From IMG/VR virus record IMGVR_UViG_3300014203_000012, positions 64,001 to 128,000 of that record: 64,000 nucleotides of DNA; one strand, 5' to 3'. This document shows, piece by piece, positions 45,807 to 56,177 of this stretch (position 1 is its first letter; each line of letters starts with the position of its first letter). The stretch is from a virus (lineage: Duplodnaviria > Caudoviricetes). The position numbers and the translations under genes were made by a program. A model generated the notes under the pieces. It did no database searches, had not been told where the DNA came from, and saw only the letters and a list, made by a program, of their open reading frames with translations.

Positions 45807-47204
45807 TTATGCTTTAGGAGTGGTAGCGGTTGCAGCAGCTTTAATAGCGTCTATTCCGCCTGGAAAATTAGGATTTGCCGCAATAACTTTAGTGTTAAGC
45901 TCTGAAGTTAATTTGCTCTTTGTATTAGCATCAGTTTTAGGATCTTCTATCTGCGCAATAGTCTTCAATATTCCAGCAGGATCGTCTAATTTAAGAGCGA
46001 TTCTATGGTCAGTTCCAGTTTGAGCAACCTGAGTATCTCCGTCCTTGCCCACATGCGCACCTACATGCAATTTAATGAGTTTCATATAATCTTTATAAAT
46101 TACATGAGATGATGTCATCTTAGCAGTAACAACTGCACTTGCCGCACCATTATAAGATCCAATCTTTTTAGTAAGAACATCAAGATCTTCGGTTGCGGTT
46201 GGAACTACAGCTGGTTCTGTAGAAGTTTGAACAGATGCCATATTGCTAGATGCTTTTGTACCGCCAGTTGTTGCTGTTGTATTGGCAGCTGCATTAGGAT
46301 CGGATTTAGTCCCAATAGTCATATTTCCTCCTCCAGCCGCATCTACTTCAGAGAAGTAAGAACCAATATAATTATCTAAAGAGTATGATGCATGTATAGG
46401 TTTTCCATCAGGGCCTAATATAGGTTTTGGTGTAGTTATTTGTTGTTGATTTACAGGTTTTCCATCAGGGCCTAGCATAGGTTTTGGTGTAGTTGTGGTA
46501 TCAGTTACATTCGGTTTAACTTCTGGTTTAACTGGTGGGTTCTGAGCATCGCTTTTAGATTTCTGGATAATCGCTTGAGCATCATTAAACGTTTTACTGA
46601 GTGTATTCTTATCTTTTTCAATTGTTACTTTAATCTTATCAAAATCATGGCAGAAATTATACAGATCGGTCATGTTCAGATTGGTAAGATTAGTAGACTT
46701 CTTATCTTCTCCACCTTGGAAATATGCTACCGCAAATCCAGCGAAATCTTTTGTTGCATCTTTGTAGTCAGGAATCAATTTGCTCTTAAATGTAATATCA
46801 GCTTCATCCACAGGAATAGTATCTTTTACTGTATTGAATGGTGGAACTGATACTGAAGTCATTCGATGTATACCTGCAGCATAATCGCGCATTTCAAGAT
46901 CAACATCTTCTGGTTTCTTATTAAGAATAATATCCTTATACTGCTCAAGATATCCTTTATCTGAGTTGACTATTTTCTGGGTAAATTCAACAAACTTAGC
47001 CCATACACGGTTTAAGAATGCAATGAATTTATCCCATAGCGCTCTGATTTTATCTCCCACATCTTCATGAACCGTCCAAAGCTTTTTAGGGGAGGCAGAC
47101 TCGGATACACCGACAATACTTTTTACAAAACCATTAATCTTTTCAGTTTCAATAGCTGATTCTACCATAAACTGAAAGTATCTAGCATCTTCAGTATATG
47201 TCAT
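45807..47204 (-). CDS. internal head protein, paralog family member 4
   Basis: DKIRALWDKFIAFLNRVWAKF motif; tandem PKPxLGPDGKP repeat. Confidence 0.7.
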   Translation of the reverse strand: MTYTEDARYFQFMVESAIETEKINGFVKSIVGVSESASPKKLWTVHEDVGDKIRALWDKFIAFLNRVWAKFVEFTQKIVNSDKGYLEQYKDIILNKKPEDVDLEMRDYAAGIHRMTSVSVPPFNTVKDTIPVDEADITFKSKLIPDYKDATKDFAGFAVAYFQGGEDKKSTNLTNLNMTDLYNFCHDFDKIKVTIEKDKNTLSKTFNDAQAIIQKSKSDAQNPPVKPEVKPNVTDTTTTPKPMLGPDGKPVNQQQITTPKPILGPDGKPIHASYSLDNYIGSYFSEVDAAGGGNMTIGTKSDPNAAANTTATTGGTKASSNMASVQTSTEPAVVPTATEDLDVLTKKIGSYNGAASAVVTAKMTSSHVIYKDYMKLIKLHVGAHVGKDGDTQVAQTGTDHRIALKLDDPAGILKTIAQIEDPKTDANTKSKLTSELNTKVIAANPNFPGGIDAIKAAATATTPKA

Positions 47205-48346
47205 ATCAAATCCCCCTCCCCATTTAATATATCATCGTCTAATATATCATCATCCATATCTGATACATACTCATCTGGTATATTAGAAAGATCTACTTCT
47301 TCATTCTTAGCAAGAAGTTTCTTGAATGCCCCATACATAATTTGCTTATCTTGTGTAAAGCAATCTTTAAGAGCATCCAGTTTAGCAGAGAAAGCAATAA
47401 GATGCATATTAGAAATTTCTTGAATCTCTTGAGACTTTGCTTTCATGAATAAGTCATAAATCGCAATTTTATTTGATGAAGTATCACCATCGACAATATC
47501 TTCGATACTAACTTGTTCTTTTCCATCAACAGTTTCTTTTGTAACAGTATCGAGATTTTTCTTAATGCCATTATAAAGCTTTTCAACATTATCAGCATGA
47601 CGCTGTGTCGAAGTTTTCATCTTATCATACCCAGTAAAAAATGCTAATGCTTCATTAACAATAGCAGTAGTTACTGTGATTTTAACTTTAGATGAATCAC
47701 CATCTCTAAATACTTTAAAGAGTTCATCTTTAAAGTCGGACTCATCAATATTTGACTTAGCTCCAATACATCGTTTTCTAGTTGTATCTAAATAAGAATT
47801 TGAATTCTTCTTATCTAAAAATGTATTATATGAAGCTTGTAGATCTTTTGCAGATTTAGCACTATCTGTTTTATCAATCTTAAAATCTGCAATAGAATCA
47901 CTAAAAGTCTGTAATATTTCTAAAGCAGGAACACCTTCTACAAATTTGTAATTGAATCCAGAAATATCAAATTCATGAGTAGATGTGAATTTACTTAATT
48001 CCTCTTTATGCTGTTCAATATACTTGTCTCGCATAAAAAGAGAATTGATCCTTACCCAAAACTTAGCAAGAAGTTTTTTAATAAATGTAATGATCTTACC
48101 AATAAAAGCTTTAATCCCATCGAAGAATTCAGAGAATGATTCTCTTACTACAATAGGGTCGTTGCAAGATTCATTAATATTATTATACAATCCAGCATTT
48201 AATAATGTAAAGCTTTTAGTTTGTTCAGTTAAGAAGTTCAATGTTTCAATAAAGAAAGAATCATCATTGTACGAATCTGTACTTCCAACTGGCATAATAG
48301 AAGTATGCTCATCTAATAGTGATAATGGACTAAACAGTTTACTCAT
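47201..48346 (-). CDS. internal head protein, paralog family member 3
   Basis: VRES-FSEFFDGIKAFIGKIITFIKK motif. Confidence 0.7.
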   Translation of the reverse strand: MSKLFSPLSLLDEHTSIMPVGSTDSYNDDSFFIETLNFLTEQTKSFTLLNAGLYNNINESCNDPIVVRESFSEFFDGIKAFIGKIITFIKKLLAKFWVRINSLFMRDKYIEQHKEELSKFTSTHEFDISGFNYKFVEGVPALEILQTFSDSIADFKIDKTDSAKSAKDLQASYNTFLDKKNSNSYLDTTRKRCIGAKSNIDESDFKDELFKVFRDGDSSKVKITVTTAIVNEALAFFTGYDKMKTSTQRHADNVEKLYNGIKKNLDTVTKETVDGKEQVSIEDIVDGDTSSNKIAIYDLFMKAKSQEIQEISNMHLIAFSAKLDALKDCFTQDKQIMYGAFKKLLAKNEEVDLSNIPDEYVSDMDDDILDDDILNGEGDLI

Positions 48347-48372
48347 TTAACTTTCCTCCTTATATAATAAAA

Positions 48373-48398
48373 CAGGGAATACCATTTGGTATTCCCTG
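48373..48398 (-). terminator. terminator hairpin
   Basis: cagggaatacca..tggtattccctg. Confidence 0.75.
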
Positions 48399-48409
48399 CG
48401 TTATATAGA

Positions 48410-49453
48410 TTACTTGAAGTTGACAGCGCCTAAGAAATCATCTGAAGCGTTTTCATCATAATTAGTTGTCCAGCTTCCTGATTCTTTAACAGAAGCGCGG
48501 ATTACCTGAGCGGCAAATCCTTTAGCTTGGCTAACTTCATTAGAGATTGCTTGCATTTGAGCACCAACATAAGTTTGTTTAATGGCAATCATGCCTTTAA
48601 GCTGGCTTACGATAATAGGATATGCTGCAGTTTTCTTTGAAGCTGAAGATTTTTCACCTTCAGTACCAGAACCTGTTTGAGTGTCGATTGAAGTTTTGCT
48701 AGCTGCATCACAAGCTTTGATAGCAGCTTCAATACTTTTCTCTAACGCTTTATAGCTATCGGTAATAGTTTTGGAAAGTTTATCACTTCCAAGAACTTTA
48801 GCGAAATATGCTAAATCAATACCATCAACTTCAGATTTGGCACTTTCGCCATTACGGAAATATTGGAATAGCTCTTTACTGAATTCGCTTGCGGTAAAAG
48901 ATCCACCGCCAATTAATACACCACGAGCAGTTTCCATTGCCTCATCAGCTTTATCTCTACCGGCGACCAAAGCTTCAGCTTCAGCATCAGTAATATTAAC
49001 TTTTGGTAATGTATCAGTCACAAGTTTAGAATTTGAAACGTCATGGTGAGTAAACTTGTATCCAGTAAACTTGAGTTTATCTTTATCAACTTTACTGAGT
49101 TTTTCAGCTATTTCTTTCTTGTATTTATCGAAGAAAGATTTGCCGCCTTTGAATTGAGCATCGAACCGGCTCATAAAGCTATGGAAAATACCTTTAATTT
49201 TAGCGATGATACTCACGAAGAATTTCTTCACTTTTTCCCAGAAGTTGCCCATAGCACCTTCATTATAAACACATTCACCGGATTCACGAATCATTTTGTT
49301 TTCATGCAAACCAATAGCTTGCATAAGACTATTATAATTGCTTTCGCTTTCTGCTACAGCGGAAAGTGCAGCTTCATGATAATTTGAAATATATGTTGGA
49401 ACGGATTCAACTGCCAATGCAGTTGTGCTTGATCCCTCTTCAAAAAAAGCCAT
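48410..49453 (-). CDS. internal head protein, paralog family member 2
   Basis: YNEG-AMGNFWEKVKKFFVSIIAKIKGIF. Confidence 0.75.
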   Translation of the reverse strand: MAFFEEGSSTTALAVESVPTYISNYHEAALSAVAESESNYNSLMQAIGLHENKMIRESGECVYNEGAMGNFWEKVKKFFVSIIAKIKGIFHSFMSRFDAQFKGGKSFFDKYKKEIAEKLSKVDKDKLKFTGYKFTHHDVSNSKLVTDTLPKVNITDAEAEALVAGRDKADEAMETARGVLIGGGSFTASEFSKELFQYFRNGESAKSEVDGIDLAYFAKVLGSDKLSKTITDSYKALEKSIEAAIKACDAASKTSIDTQTGSGTEGEKSSASKKTAAYPIIVSQLKGMIAIKQTYVGAQMQAISNEVSQAKGFAAQVIRASVKESGSWTTNYDENASDDFLGAVNFK

Positions 49454-49476
49454 TATGTTTTCCTCCTCTTTTTATA

Positions 49477-50592
49477 TTAGTTTACTGCTTCTAGAGCAGA
49501 GAGAACTTCGTATTCAGCTGCTTCCTGTTCAACTTCGATCAATGAAGTATCTTCATGTTTCTTAGGGTTGAACGCAACAATAGCTGCAGCGATACGGCGT
49601 GACTGGGCAACTGCAAATTTAATTTCAGTCAATGCAGCACTGTTTGCAATACCGAGAGCTTCTTGCATAGCAGAAACCTGTTTCTGCATACTAGTTGCAG
49701 TCTTTTGATGAGCGCCTGCATCACCAGTAAGTTTACCATTACCAGTAGGAGTTGATCCGTCAGCTCTGGTCCCGCTCATACGAGTACCAACATCATTGGC
49801 ATCATTCTTACTAGAATCGACTGCATAATCTGTAGTCTGTTTCTGGAATTTTTCAACTTGTTTTAAGCATACGCCTAATGCTTTTTCTTGAGCTGTAGCC
49901 ATCTTTCTAACTTTTTCAATAGGATCATCTTTGCCAGAAATGAAAGATACATAACTAGCAATGGAACTGCCGTTAACTTCATGACCTTGCTCTAAATCAT
50001 CAAAGCATTTTTCATGAAACTCTTTACGGAATTCTTTAGCAGAAGCTTTAACTGATGGAGTTGACATAACGCCAAGATATTGTTCTACTAAATCTGAAGT
50101 GTCAACCTCGGTTGAATTTAATGCACCTTTAAGCGCAACTTTAGCCACATCGATATTGATGTTACTAACACCAGTTGGTTTTGAGTATGATACTTTCAAG
50201 CCGGTTAGATCTTTACCGGAGAAGATTTCTTTCTTATACTTGTTATAGAAAGCGCGACCGTCTTTGTTCATCCAAGCTTCAAATTTAGCAATAAATCCAG
50301 TAAAAATACCTTTAATTTTAGCGATAATTTTTCTGATAAATGCTTTAATTTTTTCCCAGAAGCTACCTAAAGCACCTTCTTGAACTGCAAGAATTTCTGA
50401 TTCTCCGGCACCTTCACGCACCATACGGTTTTCTCTAATATCTGTTTTTAGAGCAGCTGTGAACATAGCCATGTCATTTTGAAAACCTTCAACCATTGCT
50501 AATTGAGCACCAATGGTTCCACTGTATCCCTCAGCAGCTTCTACATGTACTGTACCGAGGCTACCGATTTCGTTATCATCGAAAAAACTCAT
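49477..50592 (-). CDS. internal head protein, paralog family member 1
   Basis: VQEG-ALGSFWEKIKAFIRKIIAKIKGIF; late promoter AACA TATTAA TA at 50654-50665. Confidence 0.75.
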   Translation of the reverse strand: MSFFDDNEIGSLGTVHVEAAEGYSGTIGAQLAMVEGFQNDMAMFTAALKTDIRENRMVREGAGESEILAVQEGALGSFWEKIKAFIRKIIAKIKGIFTGFIAKFEAWMNKDGRAFYNKYKKEIFSGKDLTGLKVSYSKPTGVSNINIDVAKVALKGALNSTEVDTSDLVEQYLGVMSTPSVKASAKEFRKEFHEKCFDDLEQGHEVNGSSIASYVSFISGKDDPIEKVRKMATAQEKALGVCLKQVEKFQKQTTDYAVDSSKNDANDVGTRMSGTRADGSTPTGNGKLTGDAGAHQKTATSMQKQVSAMQEALGIANSAALTEIKFAVAQSRRIAAAIVAFNPKKHEDTSLIEVEQEAAEYEVLSALEAVN

Positions 50593-50713
50593 TATATATT
50601 CCTCCTTAAATAATACTCATACTTTAATATATGGATAATTATCTCCATAGATTTATTAATATGTTTATATCTTCATTTATGCCATTTATTCTTATGCAAT
50701 AAAAAGTATAAGA

Positions 50714-53314
50714 TCAAGATACTATATCGTAGGTTATATCTGGTTCGTTGTTTGTTAGAGTATTTACATTCAGAAATTCAGGCACTGTACTAGATTCGAC
50801 AAACGAATCAATATCTTGTTTATATATGCTTTGTTTGATTGGGCCGTACCCATTCAGGTCTATAAACTTAAAATATACCACCTGCAATCTATATTTTGTG
50901 GTAATATAGGTAATAAGATTTGGCATATGCAAATCTGTTATAGTATTAATATCTTCTAAGTAGTCTTTAATATCTGAATCGATGTCATCCAGAATATAGC
51001 TGTCTTGTGCCATAACAAATTTAACTTCAAATCTGAGAGACATATTTACTTTATTAAGTAAAGATTCATTGTCTATATTGTATAGCAAAGATGGTCCATA
51101 TGTGTTAAAGAACTTAAAGTCAACCCCAAACGAATCTTGTAATAGCACTAAACATGATTCTATCCAAATACGCCTATAATCTACAGCTTTGATAAAAGCT
51201 TTCATTCTATCTTCCGTATTCAAATATGTGTATCTAACTAGAGGCATCTTTTTTATAAAGTAATCGTACGTTGCATCTGCATTCTTCTTAAGAGTAATAT
51301 ACGACGTAACGATATTAGTATAATCATAGTATAAGTCTAGACCAGAATTGAGAATGCCATAGACATTGCATAAACTATATCCATCCAACCCAGGGATAAT
51401 GGAATCTATACCTTTTTCTCTTCCATATTCCTCATCAAATTTACCAAGCATATATAATTTTATATCTATATTAGCGGGTAAGTATGCAATAGTTTCAGTG
51501 TCTGTGTTTATATCTTTCATTCCGTGTTCTATAGCAATTTTATCATTTTTGTCAATGATATCCTTAGTCGCAAATTCTATTTGGAATGTATAAGTAAAGT
51601 CTTTATCATTGTAGTCTATTAGTGTAGCAGTAGTATATCTATAAGCTTCACCATCTAAATATACAATACCAAATACCTTAATATTACATTCTGTTATATT
51701 CCCATTATCATCAGTATTAATTAAACCGAAATCGGTATTAATATTTTGAGTAGTTTCGATAGTTAATTTATAGGTATCTCTATCTGTATAGAATAGTCTC
51801 TTGCATATTATCTCAGTAGCAACAAATTGCAATTGAGACTTAGCATTTATATACTCAAACGTTAATGTTCTAGTATAATCTAAGATATTTAAGTAGTATG
51901 ATACAAAGAATGGGGATTTATTTATCACTGTTAAGAATGGATTCATATATAGGAATCCACTTTTATCATATGCAGCTATCTCAGTCGGTGTTGCGCCAGG
52001 AATACCAACGGTTTTATCTCCGTTATAATACATAATAGCGCCAGGCTGCATTACATAGTTGATAGCATTTATGTTTTGATACATGGATTTACTGATCTCT
52101 ATATCTAAAGTATTTGTAGGAACTATATTACCGTCGGTTTTAAGAAGTAGATATGAATAGTATAGTCGTTCTATTTGATTATGAACCTTTTCTAAGAAGT
52201 ATAAGCGGCAATCTGTTGAGTTTATAGAGTTAAAGTAGTTATTAATATCGCTATATGTCGTAACTACGCCTCTAGATAAAGCCTCCTTAGGAATAGCTTC
52301 TTTTAATTCTTCTATAGTTTTCTTATCTGTACCAGATTCGGAATCGGATATAGGTTTCGTCACTATAAATATATTATCATATGCGTAGGTATCTGATGTG
52401 AGATCTTGTATTACATTGTCAGTATACGAAAAATTACATTCAGATCCGTTAGTAGTATAAACATTTATGGTGACTTCACAATTTGCTCTGGGTTGATAAG
52501 AATCTCTATTAAACTTGATACGTATAGTCTTGGAATCTATATACATGTAATTGCAAAATTCTTTACCGCTAGTATAATCGTATAATCCATCATATACACA
52601 ATTCAAATAGTGAATAGTTCCACCCTCTGCAACCTCAACGTTGAAATACGCCAATTGATCGTCAAAGCTAAAGTTGATAATCTTATTTTCCAATGGATTA
52701 TTTACAATTATTTTCTTATAGATAGTACTATGGTTGATCTGTCTTATATCGGTATTAATCATTATAAGATTAGTGCCACTCATAGTAATATTACCGAGAG
52801 TTGGCAGATATGGATTCACAATATCAGTTATTTCATTACGATCATTAATATCATACATTGCAGTGTATACATAAGTTCCATTAGGAAGAAGACTGCGCTC
52901 TATAATAATATTAAAATCAGTATGATACTCATACTTACCAATTTTAATAGCAAACTCCCGATCAAGAACAAATTTATCATCTTGCATATTGGATAATAGA
53001 TTGGTTTCTGGTATACAAATAAATACATTCATATTTGCTGGTATTGCACGTATTTTATTAATACCAAGCGATAGTGCATGGCATATTACATTACGTTCAA
53101 ATTTGGCTTTTGTAGGTATCGCTTCATTAGAATATTCGGATGCCATAATTGTAGCATTCTCAATTATATTCGAATGAATTTCAGATAAATACCCATAAAT
53201 ACCCATGGTAAGAGTATCTTCTGGTATATCTATAAACTTAGCCTTTATACTATCTACAAAAGTAGCTATCTGATACAAATCAGTAGACGTTGTAGTTGAA
53301 GTTGAATCAGCCAT
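50714..53314 (-). CDS. baseplate wedge protein (T4 gp6-like)
   Basis: NEAIPTKAK..VYTTNGSECN..SGTDKKTIEELKEAIP..VVTTYSD pattern. Confidence 0.7.
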   Translation of the reverse strand: MADSTSTTTSTDLYQIATFVDSIKAKFIDIPEDTLTMGIYGYLSEIHSNIIENATIMASEYSNEAIPTKAKFERNVICHALSLGINKIRAIPANMNVFICIPETNLLSNMQDDKFVLDREFAIKIGKYEYHTDFNIIIERSLLPNGTYVYTAMYDINDRNEITDIVNPYLPTLGNITMSGTNLIMINTDIRQINHSTIYKKIIVNNPLENKIINFSFDDQLAYFNVEVAEGGTIHYLNCVYDGLYDYTSGKEFCNYMYIDSKTIRIKFNRDSYQPRANCEVTINVYTTNGSECNFSYTDNVIQDLTSDTYAYDNIFIVTKPISDSESGTDKKTIEELKEAIPKEALSRGVVTTYSDINNYFNSINSTDCRLYFLEKVHNQIERLYYSYLLLKTDGNIVPTNTLDIEISKSMYQNINAINYVMQPGAIMYYNGDKTVGIPGATPTEIAAYDKSGFLYMNPFLTVINKSPFFVSYYLNILDYTRTLTFEYINAKSQLQFVATEIICKRLFYTDRDTYKLTIETTQNINTDFGLINTDDNGNITECNIKVFGIVYLDGEAYRYTTATLIDYNDKDFTYTFQIEFATKDIIDKNDKIAIEHGMKDINTDTETIAYLPANIDIKLYMLGKFDEEYGREKGIDSIIPGLDGYSLCNVYGILNSGLDLYYDYTNIVTSYITLKKNADATYDYFIKKMPLVRYTYLNTEDRMKAFIKAVDYRRIWIESCLVLLQDSFGVDFKFFNTYGPSLLYNIDNESLLNKVNMSLRFEVKFVMAQDSYILDDIDSDIKDYLEDINTITDLHMPNLITYITTKYRLQVVYFKFIDLNGYGPIKQSIYKQDIDSFVESSTVPEFLNVNTLTNNEPDITYDIVS

Positions 53315-53321
53315 TTAAATA

Positions 53322-54329
53322 TCACACCTTCCATTTAAGTTTATATTGTTTATATTTACTAAGACTACTAGTATCTAAAGATATGAATGGCACTAATACA
53401 TTTTCTCCACTAATTGCATTAATAGATGGATCATATATGCTTATTTCAGTACCAGAATTACTAGATATACTAGCTAAGTAATTGAAATCTGATATAGTAT
53501 TAGGATGCATATCATCCTGAAATGTACATTTAAATTGTACTGTAAATTTGAGATGTCCATCTGCAGATAAATCAGAAAAGGCTTCTCTCGGAACTGTTTT
53601 TGGATAGCACCCAAACATTTGAGCCCAATGTATTATAGTCTCTCCATCTTCTCCTACTATAAACTTATATAAAGTCATTTGGTCGTGTAAAACTTTCTTT
53701 TTACGATATAATTCACTAGGAGGTGTAACCTTACCAATATATTTTTTCTTACTATACTCATCAAATGCTTTAAACCAAAGATACACGTCTAAATACTTAG
53801 TATCTTCAAATTCTATTGAGAACTCTGCTTCTTCATCAGAATGATCTGAAGCTTTTCTATAGAACAGTTTTGTTCCATAAAGATTAGACGCTGTCTCAAC
53901 GTCCTCCACACTAATAGAAGATAGATCTAAATTAGACGTTTTCTGGTTACTCAATATTCTAACAAATGGGGTAGATCCATCTGCACTATATTGTAGATCT
54001 CTTAAGACGGTATTGTTATACCCTCTACGTGCTAAATCATAGAAGAAAGGCACATTAGCTAATTCTTTATTAAGTGTGCATATATCACCATTATTAAATA
54101 TATGCAAATCTGGTTTTGTGAAGAATACGTACTCTCTAGTACTAGATACCATACTATATGGGTCTAATCTAGGAAACCTATAGAATACATTAAATCGGTC
54201 TAGTTCTCCTCTGGTATATATTCCATTAGATCTTATAAACTTTTTGTATTCATCGCTAGATGTTGTCAGCAATGAATTAAATGCCTCATTATTAACTGAT
54301 GATGTTTTTGTTTGAAATTCATCTGCCAC
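53322..54329 (-). CDS. tail tube / baseplate tube-initiator-like protein (gp19/gp48/gp54 fold)
   Basis: YVFFTKPDL, FSIEFED, GCYPKTVP, FTVQF; late promoter AACA TCAGAT TA at 54356-54367. Confidence 0.6.
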   Translation of the reverse strand: MADEFQTKTSSVNNEAFNSLLTTSSDEYKKFIRSNGIYTRGELDRFNVFYRFPRLDPYSMVSSTREYVFFTKPDLHIFNNGDICTLNKELANVPFFYDLARRGYNNTVLRDLQYSADGSTPFVRILSNQKTSNLDLSSISVEDVETASNLYGTKLFYRKASDHSDEEAEFSIEFEDTKYLDVYLWFKAFDEYSKKKYIGKVTPPSELYRKKKVLHDQMTLYKFIVGEDGETIIHWAQMFGCYPKTVPREAFSDLSADGHLKFTVQFKCTFQDDMHPNTISDFNYLASISSNSGTEISIYDPSINAISGENVLVPFISLDTSSLSKYKQYKLKWKV

Positions 54330-54402
54330 GTTAAATCCCCTCCGTTCCTTTGGTTTAATCTGATGTTGTCATATATAGTTTTAGCCTAAAATTTATTACA
54401 CT

Positions 54403-54413
54403 TATATATTATA
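54403..54413 (+). promoter_or_regulatory. early promoter TATATATTATA
   Basis: Same flanks as 1511 copy (TTATATATTATATAGGTGA). Confidence 0.7.
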
Positions 54414-54553
54414 TAGGTGACAACAAAATAAAAAAGGTTTACACATTACAGTTTGTGTAATTGTGTAGGCATCAATTAATATATTATTTCCCCCATGACA
54501 CGATGAAGTTTATGCGAAAGTGTAAAAAAATAAAAATTTGGGGGTATTATTAT

Positions 54554-54814
54554 ATGATGAATTGGGGAGATCCTTACGAGTCTGTTATTAATCAACAAAT
54601 CAGTAGACAAATGAGGGAAGATGACTTATGCGAATCTCAAGTTCAATTGAATCGTAAATTAACATCATCTTTGGAATTATGTACTGAGAGAGATAACAAG
54701 ACTGTAATCCACAACCATTTTAACATAATTATCAATGTTGCTCCGAATACGACTGACGACAAAATAACTTCTATCGTACAACAGCTAATTTGTATAGTTG
54801 ATAGAGTTAATTGA
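54554..54814 (+). CDS. hypothetical early protein (likely start 54554)
   Basis: RBS GGGGG before MMNWG. Confidence 0.55.
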   Translation: MMNWGDPYESVINQQISRQMREDDLCESQVQLNRKLTSSLELCTERDNKTVIHNHFNIIINVAPNTTDDKITSIVQQLICIVDRVN

Positions 54815-54907
54815 TCTAATCTGTATTTAATTGCACTCATTGTAATTTGTATAACCTTTTTATTTTTTGGACATATGAGTAAAATATACATAGGAGGTAT
54901 AATCGGT

Positions 54908-56164
54908 ATGGATAATAGTGCAACACATATTCACGAGACTGTAATTAGAGACATAGTTTCTGTGATAAGTGATATCTCTTCAGAAACTGAATTGGCTGGT
55001 ATGTTTAGTGGTACTAGCTTCAGGAGCATAGCAAAAGGTTCTTCTAATTTAACTCTTGTATTCCCTGTTATAGCTACAGAAAATACACCAATAGACTCGT
55101 CTAGAATGATCTGCCGAGCAATTGAAAGGAAAGCTGTAGCTATGTTACAAATGCTCTTTTCTGCAATTTGCATTTCAGACAAGAAAAATGCCATGGAACA
55201 TATAAAACAGTTCCATAACAATATCGATATGGGTGATGATTTAACAGTAGACGAATTTATCGGTATAGTAGATAAGATGGCAACTCAAGAATCCTCTGGT
55301 ATCGATATCATAAACAAAGGAAAATATGATATGGTTATGGAAGACTTAAAAAACAATACAACTAAATTCTTAGATGAAAGTGTAAACCCAAGAAGCATAA
55401 ATGAATATCAGGTTGACACTAGCAGAGCAGAAGGTATTATTGTTGAAGCCACTCCAACTGCACCAGAAGATAGATTAAAAACTGCGGTTGGGATTGCAAA
55501 AGATCAAGTATTTTCAACCGATATTAAGAAGGCTAATGAATTAGTCCCATCAATGATGGTCATTAATTTTATTAGATCTAATGACGCAGGGCAATCTATC
55601 CCTACTACTGCAGTTATTGGTGTTAAAGCTAAGCTACAGTACGTATCTTCAACTGATATGATTAATCGTATCGTTATAAAAAATAAAGATAAGAATGGGT
55701 TATTCAATCTCTTAAAAGCAACTACTAGAGAGATCTCTTTTTGGAAGGATTTTGTTTTTGCTGTTGATAGTGCTAAATTAGATGCACTATCTACATCAGG
55801 TCGTGGCTCTTCCTCTAAGATTTGGAAATTACTTGAACGTAGAGGCATTAAAAGTAGAATACGCAGAGTCACTGGTACAACCAATGATGCTAGTGCTATC
55901 AGTACTTTAATATTAGCTAAAGAAGAAGCGGAAACTCTTAAAAAAGAGTATAACGTTGACGTTAGCCGTCCAGGTGTTGCTGGTAATATAATGGAAGCAT
56001 ATAACCTTATGGGGTTTGTTATTAACGATCAAGTATTGGAAAAGGTCGACTTCTTATTTGATGATGGCTCTAACGAATATGAAATTATTTCGTTTACCCA
56101 CCTTGAGAGAGAAGAAAGCGGAAACTATAAAAAGGTAATTAACCTTTTAGCTAAATCAAGATAA
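54908..56164 (+). CDS. virion head protein (likely start 54908)
   Basis: RBS AGGAGGT; GACA-N6-TA at 54870-54881; IHET, TQES, LDES, IVEA sites. Confidence 0.65.
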   Translation: MDNSATHIHETVIRDIVSVISDISSETELAGMFSGTSFRSIAKGSSNLTLVFPVIATENTPIDSSRMICRAIERKAVAMLQMLFSAICISDKKNAMEHIKQFHNNIDMGDDLTVDEFIGIVDKMATQESSGIDIINKGKYDMVMEDLKNNTTKFLDESVNPRSINEYQVDTSRAEGIIVEATPTAPEDRLKTAVGIAKDQVFSTDIKKANELVPSMMVINFIRSNDAGQSIPTTAVIGVKAKLQYVSSTDMINRIVIKNKDKNGLFNLLKATTREISFWKDFVFAVDSAKLDALSTSGRGSSSKIWKLLERRGIKSRIRRVTGTTNDASAISTLILAKEEAETLKKEYNVDVSRPGVAGNIMEAYNLMGFVINDQVLEKVDFLFDDGSNEYEIISFTHLEREESGNYKKVINLLAKSR

Positions 56165-56177
56165 GGAGGAAACCAAA

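Noticed and set aside
54498-54525. Hammerhead ribozyme (GAUGA...GAAA)
   Set aside because: Lacks the full CUGANGA core and convincing stems I-III.
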